This document shows, piece after piece, positions 53,260 through 62,261 of a DNA stretch of 64,000 nucleotides. Source of the DNA: an uncultured Pseudomonadota bacterium (GTDB taxonomy: Bacteria; Pseudomonadota; Alphaproteobacteria; JACZXZ01). The translations under genes and the position numbers were made by a program. The number at the start of each line of letters is the position of its first letter. Position 1 is the first letter of the stretch. The notes under the pieces were generated by a model. The model ran no database searches and was not told where the DNA came from. It worked only from the letters and a program-made list of their open reading frames with translations. The DNA is taken from the NCBI GenBank assembly GCA_963749075.1, contig CAVVLJ010000016.1, positions 768,001 through 832,000 of the forward strand. The letters are read 5' to 3'.

Positions 53260-53673
53260 CTAAAAGTCCCACGGGCAGATGAGCTGCAGACCCGACGTGG
53301 CGAAATCCGCCATGTTCCGCGTTGCGAGGCGCCCGCCGTTGATGCGTGCGATGGCGGCGATCATGCCGTCGGGCGCGGTCATGGGACGACCTTCCCGGAC
53401 CGCTGCGCTCATGATGTCGCCATAGGCCAAGGCGGCCGCCTCCGTGAAAGCGAAGATGCGGTCGGCAAAGCGGTGGCGCCAATCGGCCAGGCCCTGTTGC
53501 AACCTCGCGGCCCGCTGATCGGGATGGATTTTCTTGATGCCAAAGGCGATCTCGGCGATCGTCACGGTCGGCAAGGCCAACGCCGCATCGTTCTGTACGA
53601 GCCAGGCGATCACGGCGGCATCGGGCGATTTGCGCAGCGTCTCCGAGATCACGTTGGTGTCGAGGAAGATCAA
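53260..53673 (-). CDS. vapC: PIN-domain toxin
   Basis: FLDTNVISE, TIAEI, DGMIAAIA, LATRN..DF. Confidence 0.92.
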   Translation of the reverse strand: MIFLDTNVISETLRKSPDAAVIAWLVQNDAALALPTVTIAEIAFGIKKIHPDQRAARLQQGLADWRHRFADRIFAFTEAAALAYGDIMSAAVREGRPMTAPDGMIAAIARINGGRLATRNMADFATSGLQLICPWDF

Positions 53674-53918
53674 AGCTCCGGCCCTGGATTGATCCTCCGG
53701 GCCTCGCGGATCGCAGCCTCCAGATCGATATCGCTGCCATGATCCTTCGACAGGCGCGCATAGAAGGCGCTCGCCGGCTCGCGCCCCGCTTCACGGACCT
53801 CATAGGCTTCGAGCGCGCGCTCGACGACATCCGCAATGGATCGGCGCTCACGGCGCGCGAGACGACGGGCAAGATCGCGCGCCTTGGCGCTTCGCACGGA
53901 GAGCTGCGGTTCGGCCAT
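53670..53918 (-). CDS. VapB-type antitoxin (ribbon-helix-helix-like)
   Basis: 82 aa, QLSVRS.KARDLARRLA...SIADVVERAL; overlaps the vapC start. Confidence 0.82.
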   Translation of the reverse strand: MAEPQLSVRSAKARDLARRLARRERRSIADVVERALEAYEVREAGREPASAFYARLSKDHGSDIDLEAAIREARRINPGPEL

Positions 53919-54038
53919 GCGGGACTCCTGCCCGGCTGCCACTTCAGATATTATATGGTCAAGCTGGCTGCTGATGGCAAGGTGGCTGAAAGATGCCATG
54001 CCATCGCGGTCCGCAGGCTGCTTCTAGAGCCGTCTCCC

Positions 54039-54602
54039 TCACGGCCTTGTCGGCGGCGCCTTGCTCCCCGGCCCGAGTGCCCGCTGCATGAAGACGCAGT
54101 CGACCCAGCGGCCTTGCTTGAAGCCGATGTCGGGGAGGCAGCCGACCTCCTTGAAGCCGAGTGCCGTATGGGCGCCGAGAGAGCCGGCGTTGGCCGAATC
54201 GCCGATCACCGCCACCATCTGGCGGTAGCCCAGCGCCGTGCAGCGCTCGATCAGCGCTGCGAGGAGCGCGCGCCCGATGCCTTGGCGCAGCACCGTGCGG
54301 TCGACGTAGACCGAGTCCTCGACGGCATAGCGGTAGGAGGCGCGGGTGCGGTAGGGGCTGGCATAGGCGAAGCCGAGGATGCGGCCTTGGCACTCCGCCA
54401 CGAGGTAGGGGAGGCCGCGCCTCGCCACTTCGGCGCGCCGGGCGAGCAGCTCCTCGACGCTGGGTGCCGTCTCCTCGAAAGAGGCGAAGCCATGCTCCAC
54501 GTGATAGCCGTAGATGCAGCAGACGGCGCCCATGTCGCGCTCCTTGGCGTCGCGCACGCGGATGGTGGACCGCCTCTCGGGGAGCGGGCTCGTCTGGCTC
54601 AT
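54039..54602 (-). CDS. GNAT N-acetyltransferase (phosphinothricin/MddA-like)
   Basis: ASFEE..P, EDSVYV, RQGIG, N.GS...H..LGF, GFKQGRWVD. Confidence 0.9.
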   Translation of the reverse strand: MSQTSPLPERRSTIRVRDAKERDMGAVCCIYGYHVEHGFASFEETAPSVEELLARRAEVARRGLPYLVAECQGRILGFAYASPYRTRASYRYAVEDSVYVDRTVLRQGIGRALLAALIERCTALGYRQMVAVIGDSANAGSLGAHTALGFKEVGCLPDIGFKQGRWVDCVFMQRALGPGSKAPPTRP

Positions 54603-54611
54603 CTCGCTCCC

Positions 54612-55517
54612 TCAGTGGGCTTGGAAGAGTGCCGGCAGGCGCTCGCGCAAGTAGGCGGCGAGCGCGGTCATATGCGAGGCGATGCGCGCGAGCTCGGGGC
54701 CGCGCTCGATGGTCGCCTCGTTCATGTAGAGCGCGCGGTTGATCTCGATCTGAAGGGCGTGCACGCGCGCGTCCGGCGCTCCGTAATGGCGCGTGGTGAA
54801 GCCGCCGGCATAGGGATTGTTGCGCACGACCTGGTAGCCGCGATCCGCGAGGAAGCGCTCGACCAGGTCGGTGAGCGCCGTGGCGCAGGAGGTGCCGTGG
54901 CAATCGCCGAGCACGAAGTCGAAGCGGCGCCGGCCGGCGTCCTCGTCCATGGGCCCGCCGATCGACGGCATGGAGTGGCAGTCGATCAGGATGCCGTGGC
55001 CGAAGCGATCCTCGGTCGAGCGCAAGAGGTTCCTGAGCGCCGCGTGATAGGGCCGGTAGAGCCGGTTCACGCGCTCGAGCGCGTCGGCGAAACGCAGCTT
55101 GCCGCGATAGATCTCCTCGCCGTTGGCGACCACGCGCGCGATGGTGCCGAGCCCGGCGGCGATGCGCGGCGAGCGCGTGTTGGCGTAATCCGGCAGCGCC
55201 TCCTCGAACATGGCGGGATCGAGCTCGAAGGGCTCGCGGTTGGGATCGACGTAGGCGCGCGGGAAGAGCGCCTTCAAGAGCGGCGCCCCCTCCTCGGCCA
55301 CGCCGGCGAAGAGCTCGTCGACGAAGGAATCCTCCGATTTCCTGAGTGCTACGGGATCGAGGCGTGAGCGCGCCACGAACTCGGGCGGATAGCTGCTGCC
55401 GCTGTGCGGCGAGGCGAAGACCACCGGCATGGTCTGCGCCGCCGGCGCGTTCACCTGCCAGGCCACGCCAAGGCCGCCGAGCGATGCCGCGTAGCTGTCT
55501 CTGCTGAGGTCGTCCAT
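54612..55517 (-). CDS. N-formylglutamate amidohydrolase family (HutG-like)
   Basis: SPHSG, RAYVDPNR, PYH, DCHSM, PYAGG, QIEINR. Confidence 0.88.
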   Translation of the reverse strand: MDDLSRDSYAASLGGLGVAWQVNAPAAQTMPVVFASPHSGSSYPPEFVARSRLDPVALRKSEDSFVDELFAGVAEEGAPLLKALFPRAYVDPNREPFELDPAMFEEALPDYANTRSPRIAAGLGTIARVVANGEEIYRGKLRFADALERVNRLYRPYHAALRNLLRSTEDRFGHGILIDCHSMPSIGGPMDEDAGRRRFDFVLGDCHGTSCATALTDLVERFLADRGYQVVRNNPYAGGFTTRHYGAPDARVHALQIEINRALYMNEATIERGPELARIASHMTALAAYLRERLPALFQAH

Positions 55518-55684
55518 GGTCTCGCGATCGGGGTGACCAAATCTCCCGTCTCTGGTCTAGCCTATTCGCGCCCGCCTGTCACGACGGCAACTGGCCGTCA
55601 AGCCCGAGGGGCCGAGCGGAGGCTTGCCAAGGGACGGCCCTCGGCGATATAGGACTCGTTCCGGCGCCGCTTCGCATGCCGGCC

Positions 55685-55759
55685 GGGCGCGTAGCTCAGC
55701 GGTAGAGCACTACGGTGACATCGTAGGGGTCGCAAGTTCAATCCTTGCCGCGCCCACCA
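55685..55759 (+). tRNA. tRNA-Val(GAC)
   Basis: Acceptor stem gggcgcg/cgcgccc, D-arm agctcagcggtagagc, anticodon arm ctacg-gtGACat-cgtag, T-loop ttcaatc, encoded CCA. Confidence 0.96.
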
Positions 55760-55919
55760 CTTTCAGCATCGCGATATCGACGGGTTACTGAAAGTCCCGC
55801 CGCAGTTAAGTGCCTGCCTCCTGCCATGGCTGGCGGCCATCATGCCATAGGCACGCAGAGCGCTCCGCGTAGATGTTTCAATGAGGAGCTCAAACAGTCT
55901 TGAGCTAAAACTTCCCGGA

Positions 55920-56846
55920 TTATTTGATGGCGTGGATAACCGATCGCGAGGTGCTAGAGCCGGTGTTGCGTTCAATGTGGTCGAAGTGTCCGGATAATTC
56001 GACGGTTTGAAATCCCAGCCGTTTCAGCATTTGCACAAGGCAGGTCTGATTCGTCAGCCACCAGCTTCGGCCGTCACCGTGCCGTATTGTGCCGCCAACA
56101 TACAGCATGAGCGGTTGGGATTGCTCAACGTCCGGAAAGACCTGCGAAATAATGAGCTTCTCTTTGCAGAGAGGAGCTATGGCGCTCAGTGCTTCCAAGG
56201 GGGAGAAGATGTGAAGCAGGATATCTCCCAGAAAAACAAGATCGAAGCGTGCGGAATTGAATTTGTCCAGGGTCAGATCGTAAATCGTGGAATAGCAGCG
56301 AGCAACCTTGGAGTGCAGCTGTTCGTGGCAGAATTTGAATGGCCCATCCAAATGGAGATATTGCAACTCCTCAATCGTATCCACTCCATGGAAATTCATC
56401 ATTTCTCTCAGCGTTGCGGCGCGATCTTCGCCCGGCGGCATATCCCAATCGGCAATGGATGGGAGCTCTACGCTGGTGACCGTGGCTCCACGTCTCTCGA
56501 ACTCAAAAGCAAAGAAGCCGGTTGCGGAGCCTACGTCGAGAACACGCATGCTGGACATATTCTCGGGGAAGTGAAAATGAGCGAGGTCGCTACGGAAATC
56601 TCGAACTCCCGGAGTGAGGATCCCATTCCCCACGTCGACAACGTGATACCAATAGAAACGATCCAGTCCCGGGATATTAAGACCGGCCGTCCGCTTCCGA
56701 AATTCTGCCACAGCCTGCTGATATTCATCGACGACCTGTCGGCGGGCCTCCCGCGACCTGCGACCAGAAAGCCTATTCTTCACACGCGGCCACAGCCCGG
56801 CGAAACCTTCATCGGCAATTATCTTCGCCACCCGTCGATGGAACAT
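55920..56846 (-). CDS. Class I SAM-dependent methyltransferase (DUF1698/CmoB-like), low GC
   Basis: WYH...TPG, VLDVGSATGFFAFEFERRGA, FDLVFLGDILLH..P. Confidence 0.82.
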   Translation of the reverse strand: MFHRRVAKIIADEGFAGLWPRVKNRLSGRRSREARRQVVDEYQQAVAEFRKRTAGLNIPGLDRFYWYHVVDVGNGILTPGVRDFRSDLAHFHFPENMSSMRVLDVGSATGFFAFEFERRGATVTSVELPSIADWDMPPGEDRAATLREMMNFHGVDTIEELQYLHLDGPFKFCHEQLHSKVARCYSTIYDLTLDKFNSARFDLVFLGDILLHIFSPLEALSAIAPLCKEKLIISQVFPDVEQSQPLMLYVGGTIRHGDGRSWWLTNQTCLVQMLKRLGFQTVELSGHFDHIERNTGSSTSRSVIHAIK

Positions 56847-57102
56847 TTAGCCTGCACCCGGTTCGGTTGACACCCGCGCAAGGATTGTGAGGCGATATTG
56901 GCTTCAGCATCCCCCAATCGTTTCGCCAAAAGTATCCGCATATTCGCGGTTGTTGTATCGGAATTCGAGCTCGGCGACCCGATCACTCTAATGTCTTACC
57001 TTGCTTTTCGATACGGGTCCCGCAGGCCAGGTGAGCAAAGCACCGGGCGACCATACCCATGCGCCCACCAGTCTCAGACTGCGTATCCCACCTTGCGCGA
57101 AG

Positions 57103-57894
57103 CTACCGCATCACCCCCATGAAGCGGCTGACCCCGATCGTGCGCTCGGCCGCGAAGACGAGCAGCAGCACCACGAGCACCTGCACCGTGGCCGCGGCGG
57201 CGACCGTCGGGTCGAACACCCATTGGATGTAGGAATAGATCTGCATCGGCAGCGTCACGGTCTGGGGATCCGAGAGGAAGAGGGCGAGCGGCAGGTTCTC
57301 GAAGGAGACGATGAAGGAGAACAGCACCGCCGCCACCATGCTGTTGGCGAGCATGGGGAGCGTCACCTGGCGGATCGCCTGGAGGCGCGTGGCGCCGAGG
57401 CTGACGGCCGCGTTCTCGGCGGCCATGTCCATGCCGGCGAGGCCGGCCGCCATCGTGCGCACCGCATACGGCAGCGTGATCACGGTATGGCCGAGGAGGA
57501 GGGCGGGGAAGGACGGCACGTCGAGGGCGGCGAAATACTCGAGGAAGCCCATGGCGATGACGAGCTGCGGCACCATGAGCGGTGTCAAGAGGAAATTGAG
57601 CAGCGCACCTCGCCCGCGGAAGCGGCCGCGCGTGAGCCCGAAGGCGGCAAAGCCGCCGAGGACGAGCGAGGCGAGGCACGAGAGCGTCGCCAGCGCCAGG
57701 CTCACGCCGAGTGCCGAGATGAGCTCTCCTCGCGCGAAGAACTTGGCGAACCAGCGCAAGGAGAGCGAGCTCGGCGGGAAGGCGAGAGAGGCTGTGCCCG
57801 AGAAAGCGAGCACCACCACCACGATCACCGGCGCCAGGATGTAGAGGTAGATCGCCGCATTGGCGAGCGCCAAGGGTGCCAGGTGCCGGCGCAT
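57103..57894 (-). CDS. PotC-like ABC permease
   Basis: SLRWF, PLMVP, ENAAVSLGA, FIVSF, TLP. Confidence 0.9.
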   Translation of the reverse strand: MRRHLAPLALANAAIYLYILAPVIVVVVLAFSGTASLAFPPSSLSLRWFAKFFARGELISALGVSLALATLSCLASLVLGGFAAFGLTRGRFRGRGALLNFLLTPLMVPQLVIAMGFLEYFAALDVPSFPALLLGHTVITLPYAVRTMAAGLAGMDMAAENAAVSLGATRLQAIRQVTLPMLANSMVAAVLFSFIVSFENLPLALFLSDPQTVTLPMQIYSYIQWVFDPTVAAAATVQVLVVLLLVFAAERTIGVSRFMGVMR

Positions 57895-57897
57895 CGC

Positions 57898-58770
57898 CTA
57901 GGCCGCCGCGAGGGCTCGGCCGCGCGCGCGGAGGGCGCGGTTGACCAGCGCCACGCTCACCAAGGTGAGCGCCAGCATGAGAATCGCCACCGCCGAGCCG
58001 AAGGGCAGGTTGCCGACCTCGCCCACCTGCTGATAGGCGAGCGTCGCGAGCACGAGGAAGCCCGGGCCGCCCACGATGCGCGGCACCACGAAGATGTTGA
58101 GCGCCAGGCTGAAGACGAGGGAGGCGCCGGCGGCCGCACCCGTGAGGCTCAAGGGCAGCGTCACGCGGAGGAAGGTGGCGAGCCGGCCGGCGCCGAGGCC
58201 GAGGGCTGCATGCTCGAGCGCCGGATCGATGCGCGAGAGTGCCGCCATCAGCGGCAGGATGAAGAAGGGGATCAGGACCTCGACCATGGCGGTCACCACG
58301 CCCGCGAAGTTGAAGAGCATGGCGAGCGGATGCTCGATGAGGCCCGCGGCGAGGAGTGCTCTGTTCACGATGCCGCGCTCGTCGAGGATGAGGAGCCAGC
58401 CGTAGCTCCGCACCACGCCACCGATGAGGAGCGGCGCCAGCACGAGGATGAGGAGAAAGGGGCGCCAGCGCCGCCCGGCGCGCACGATGCCGAGTGCGAC
58501 GGGATAGCCGAGGAGGACGGAGAGCGCCGTCGTGGCCAGCGCCACGAGGAGCGTGCGCAGGAGGATGCGCTGATAGAGAGGATCGCTCGCGAGGGCTAAG
58601 TACTGCGCAAGCGTCGCGCGGTGCACGATCTCGCCGCCGGCGTAGCCGAGCACGCTGTAGCCAGCGAGGAGGCCTAGCGGCACGAGGAAGAGCACCGCGG
58701 CGAAGGCGAGCGCCGGGCCGGCGAGACCGAGCATCGCGAGCTCGCCGGCCGCCGGCCGCCGCGGCGTCAT
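57898..58770 (-). CDS. PotB-like ABC permease
   Basis: GYPVA, VRSYGW, EHAALGLGA, P.IVGG. Confidence 0.9.
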   Translation of the reverse strand: MTPRRPAAGELAMLGLAGPALAFAAVLFLVPLGLLAGYSVLGYAGGEIVHRATLAQYLALASDPLYQRILLRTLLVALATTALSVLLGYPVALGIVRAGRRWRPFLLILVLAPLLIGGVVRSYGWLLILDERGIVNRALLAAGLIEHPLAMLFNFAGVVTAMVEVLIPFFILPLMAALSRIDPALEHAALGLGAGRLATFLRVTLPLSLTGAAAGASLVFSLALNIFVVPRIVGGPGFLVLATLAYQQVGEVGNLPFGSAVAILMLALTLVSVALVNRALRARGRALAAA

Positions 58771-58800
58771 GGCGCCACCGTCATGGCGCCACCGGCGCGC

Positions 58801-59850
58801 TCAGCTCTCGATCATGCGGTTCCAGGCCTTGGTCCATTCGTCGAGCCGCGGCAGCACCTGGCTGTAGTCGACCTCGATCTCTTTGGCGCCCGGCGGGCGG
58901 GCGACGAGGGCAGCGGCCTCGGGCGTCGCGTATTTGAGCGCCTCCGGATGCGTCGGCGTGGTGGGGAAGAGGCCGGAGATGAAGCGGCCCTGAAGCTTGG
59001 GATCGGCGGTGAAACCGATGAAGGCCTCGCCCCACTCCTTGGCGCCGGCGCCCTTGACGATGCCGTTGCCGTAGGCGACCGCCACGTCGCCCGTCTCCGG
59101 CACCGCATATTCGAGGGGCTTGCCCTGGCGCTTCAGGATGAAGGCGCGCGAGCTCTGCCACATGGCGACATCGACCTCGCCGTCGCCGAGCAGCTTCATG
59201 CCCTCCTGGGAGGTCGAGATGAAGCGCGGATTGAGGCGGTCCTTGATCTCCTTGATGACCTTGAGCCCCGGCGCGATGTCCTGGTAGCCGCCGCCGTTGG
59301 CGAGTGCTATCGCCAGCACGATGTGCATGCCGAAGTGGTTGAAGTCGTCGATGAAGATGCGTCCCTTGTAGCGCTCGTCGACGAGGTCGCTCCAGTTGCG
59401 CGGCGGCTTGGCCACGCGCTCGCGGTTGTAGATGATGCCGATCGACAGCACGCTGTAGGCGAGCCAGGTCTCCTTGCGGTAGATGGGTGGGATCGGCGCG
59501 GCGTGGGGCACCTTCGCGTAGTCGATCGCCTCGAGCAGCCCGTCGCGCGTCGCCTCGAAGAGGTAGCGGTCCTGCAATTGGATGAGCTGGAACTTCGGCC
59601 GCTCGTGGAAGGTCTTGAGCTTGGCGAAGCGCTGCGGGTTCTCGCCGATGTCGTGGATGAGCTTGATGCCCGTCGCCGCGGTGAAGGGATCCTCGAACTG
59701 CTCCTTGACCCACTGGCCGTAGTCGCCGCCGTAAGTGCTGTAGACGAGGCTCTCGGGCTTGCTTTGCGCACGTGCGCGCGGGGCGAGCGCGAGCGTGGCG
59801 GCGCCCGAAGCGGTCGCGAGGAGCTGTCGCCGCGTCAAATTCCTGGCCAT
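58801..59850 (-). CDS. PotD-like substrate-binding protein, Tat-exported
   Basis: TRRQLL signal; YGG, PFTAATGI, P.NWSDL. Confidence 0.88.
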   Translation of the reverse strand: MARNLTRRQLLATASGAATLALAPRARAQSKPESLVYSTYGGDYGQWVKEQFEDPFTAATGIKLIHDIGENPQRFAKLKTFHERPKFQLIQLQDRYLFEATRDGLLEAIDYAKVPHAAPIPPIYRKETWLAYSVLSIGIIYNRERVAKPPRNWSDLVDERYKGRIFIDDFNHFGMHIVLAIALANGGGYQDIAPGLKVIKEIKDRLNPRFISTSQEGMKLLGDGEVDVAMWQSSRAFILKRQGKPLEYAVPETGDVAVAYGNGIVKGAGAKEWGEAFIGFTADPKLQGRFISGLFPTTPTHPEALKYATPEAAALVARPPGAKEIEVDYSQVLPRLDEWTKAWNRMIES

Positions 59851-60209
59851 GGTCGAGCGAACCCCTCGGTGTCGCGGATGCGTGCCGTGCGGCACTTGCC
59901 CGCGCATTCCAGCACCGCCGCCCGCGGCCTGGCAACGACTTTCGCGCAGCGCCGCTCCAAGGCAGCTGCCGCCTTCGGCAAGCGCTGCACGCGACGAGCT
60001 CTCCGCCGCGCCGCGCGGCCGTGAAAAAAATTCAAGTCGCGGCCCAAAAAAATATCGCTTTTCGTCGCGATGTCTCCGGTGCTCTTAATGCCGCGGCCAA
60101 AGCGGCGCGGGCTCTCCGGGCGGGACGCAAGCCCGCGGGTGCGGTCCCGCTTGCTGGAGCCGAGCGGCGGGATATATCGTTGTGCCCGCGCGAACGGGCG
60201 GGGAAGGCG

Positions 60210-62249
60210 ATGGTATCCTACATCGGCATCGACGTGGGCGGCACCTTCACGGATTTCTCCGTGAGCCTGCCCGGCCGCGGCGAGCTGCTGCACAAGGTGC
60301 CCTCGACGCCGGCCGAGCCGGACCGCGCCATCGTCGAAGGCTTGGCCGCCATCCTTGCCGACCACCGGCTCGCCCCGCGCGAGGTGGTGCGGCTCGCCCA
60401 CGGCACCACGGTCGGCACCAATGCGCTCATCCAGCGCAAGGTGGGCAAGGTCGCGCTCGTCACCACGCGCGGCTTCCGCGACCTCCTCGAGATCGGCCGG
60501 CAGACGCGGCCCAAGGTCTACGACATCCACAAGGACAACCCCAAGCCGCTGGTGCCGCGCGCCCTGCGGCTCGAGGTGGGCGAGCGCATGCGCGCCGACG
60601 GCAGCGTGCACCGCCCGCTCGACGAGGCCGAGGTGGAGGAGGTGGCGCACCGCTTAGCTGCCGAGGAGGTCGACTGCGTCGCCGTCTGCTTCCTCCACGC
60701 CCACGCCTTTCCGCGCCACGAGCAGCGCGCCGCCGAGATCCTGCGCCGGATCTTGGGCAACCGGGCGACGGTCGTCGCCTCCTCGGACGTCTATCCCGAG
60801 TTCCGCGAATACGAGCGCTTCTCGACGACCGTGCTGAACGCAGCCCTCCTCACGGTGATGGACGCCTATCTCGACCGCCTCGGCCGCGAGGTCTCGCGCC
60901 TCGACATCGCTTGCGCGCCGACCGTGAGCCAGAGTGCCGGCGGCCTCCTCTCGATCGACATGGCGCGCCGCTTTCCCATCCGCACCGCCCTCTCGGGCCC
61001 CGCGGCTGGGGCGCTCGGTGCCGCCTACCGCGCCAACCTCGCGGGCTTCCCCACCGTCATCACGCTCGACGTGGGCGGCACCAGCGCCGACGTGGCACTC
61101 CTCGCCCACGGCGAGCCCGCGGTCGTGCACAGCCGCACGCTGGCCGGCTTTCCCTTGCGCCTGCCGGCGCTCGACGTGAACTCGGTCGGCGCCGGCGGCG
61201 GCTCGATCGCCTGGATCGACATGGACGGGCTCCTCAAGGTCGGCCCCCAGAGTGCCGGTGCCGTGCCGGGCCCGGCCTGCTACGCGGCAGGCGGCAGCGC
61301 GGCCACGGTGACCGACGCCCACGTCATGCTCGGCCGGCTCTCCGGCGAGGCCCTCCTCGACGGCCGCATGCCGATCCGCCGCGATCTCGCCGAGGCCGCG
61401 ATCGGCCGCCTCGCCGAGACCCTCGACCTGCCGCCCATCGAGACGGCACTCGGCATCGTGCGCCTGGTCTCCGCGACCATGGTCAAGGCGATCCGCTCGA
61501 TCTCCATCGAGCGCGGCCACGACCCGAGCGGCTTCGCGCTCTTCGCCTTCGGCGGCGCCGGCCCGCTCCACGCCAGCGAGACCGCGCGCGAGCTCGACAT
61601 CCGCCAGATCATCGTGCCGCCGAGCCCCGGCATCCTCTGCGCCGAGGGCCTGCTCAACTGCGATCTGGCGACGGATTTCGTGCAGGCGGCCTTAGTACCG
61701 CTCGGCGAGCGCTCGGCCGCGGCGCTCAACGGCGTGCGCCAGTCGTTGAGCCGCCAGTGCGACGCCTGGTTCGAGCGCGAGGGCATCGCCGCCGCCGACC
61801 GGCGCGAGGCCTGGGCCGCGGATCTGCGCTACAGCGGGCAGAACTTCGAGCTCTCCATCCCCTTCGAGGCGGCGGCATTCGACGCGGCTGCCTGCGCCGC
61901 CCTCGTCGAGCAGTTCCACGCCGCGCATGACCGCGCCTACGGTTTTGCGCAGAAGGGCGAGCCAATCGAGCTCGTCAGCATGCGCGTCAAGCTCGAGGGC
62001 GTGCTCGAGAAGCCGAGGCTGCCCGAGCTCGCGGCCGGGCCGCCCGCCGCGCCGCGCGGCGAGCGCCGCGTCTGCTTCGCCGATGCCGTGTGGCACGATG
62101 CCCCGATCTTCCGCCGCCGCGAGCTCGCCCGCGATCAGATCATCGCCGGCCCCGCGATCGTCGAGCAGATGGACAGCACCACGCCGATCCATCCCGGCGA
62201 TAGCGCCCGCGTCGACCGCTGGGGCAACCTCGTCATCGAGCTCAATTAG
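60210..62249 (+). CDS. Hydantoinase A / 5-oxoprolinase N-terminal subunit
   Basis: GIDVGGTFTD, HGTTVGTNA, SGPAAG, DVGGTSAD, GAGGGS, FGGAGPLH. Confidence 0.93.
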   Translation: MVSYIGIDVGGTFTDFSVSLPGRGELLHKVPSTPAEPDRAIVEGLAAILADHRLAPREVVRLAHGTTVGTNALIQRKVGKVALVTTRGFRDLLEIGRQTRPKVYDIHKDNPKPLVPRALRLEVGERMRADGSVHRPLDEAEVEEVAHRLAAEEVDCVAVCFLHAHAFPRHEQRAAEILRRILGNRATVVASSDVYPEFREYERFSTTVLNAALLTVMDAYLDRLGREVSRLDIACAPTVSQSAGGLLSIDMARRFPIRTALSGPAAGALGAAYRANLAGFPTVITLDVGGTSADVALLAHGEPAVVHSRTLAGFPLRLPALDVNSVGAGGGSIAWIDMDGLLKVGPQSAGAVPGPACYAAGGSAATVTDAHVMLGRLSGEALLDGRMPIRRDLAEAAIGRLAETLDLPPIETALGIVRLVSATMVKAIRSISIERGHDPSGFALFAFGGAGPLHASETARELDIRQIIVPPSPGILCAEGLLNCDLATDFVQAALVPLGERSAAALNGVRQSLSRQCDAWFEREGIAAADRREAWAADLRYSGQNFELSIPFEAAAFDAAACAALVEQFHAAHDRAYGFAQKGEPIELVSMRVKLEGVLEKPRLPELAAGPPAAPRGERRVCFADAVWHDAPIFRRRELARDQIIAGPAIVEQMDSTTPIHPGDSARVDRWGNLVIELN

Positions 62250-62261
62250 GCCGAGGCCGTC

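Noticed and set aside
56898-57000. Possible mobile-element passenger remnant (SASPNRFAKSIRIFAVVVSEFELGD)
   Set aside because: Vaguely familiar but too short to assign without a search.
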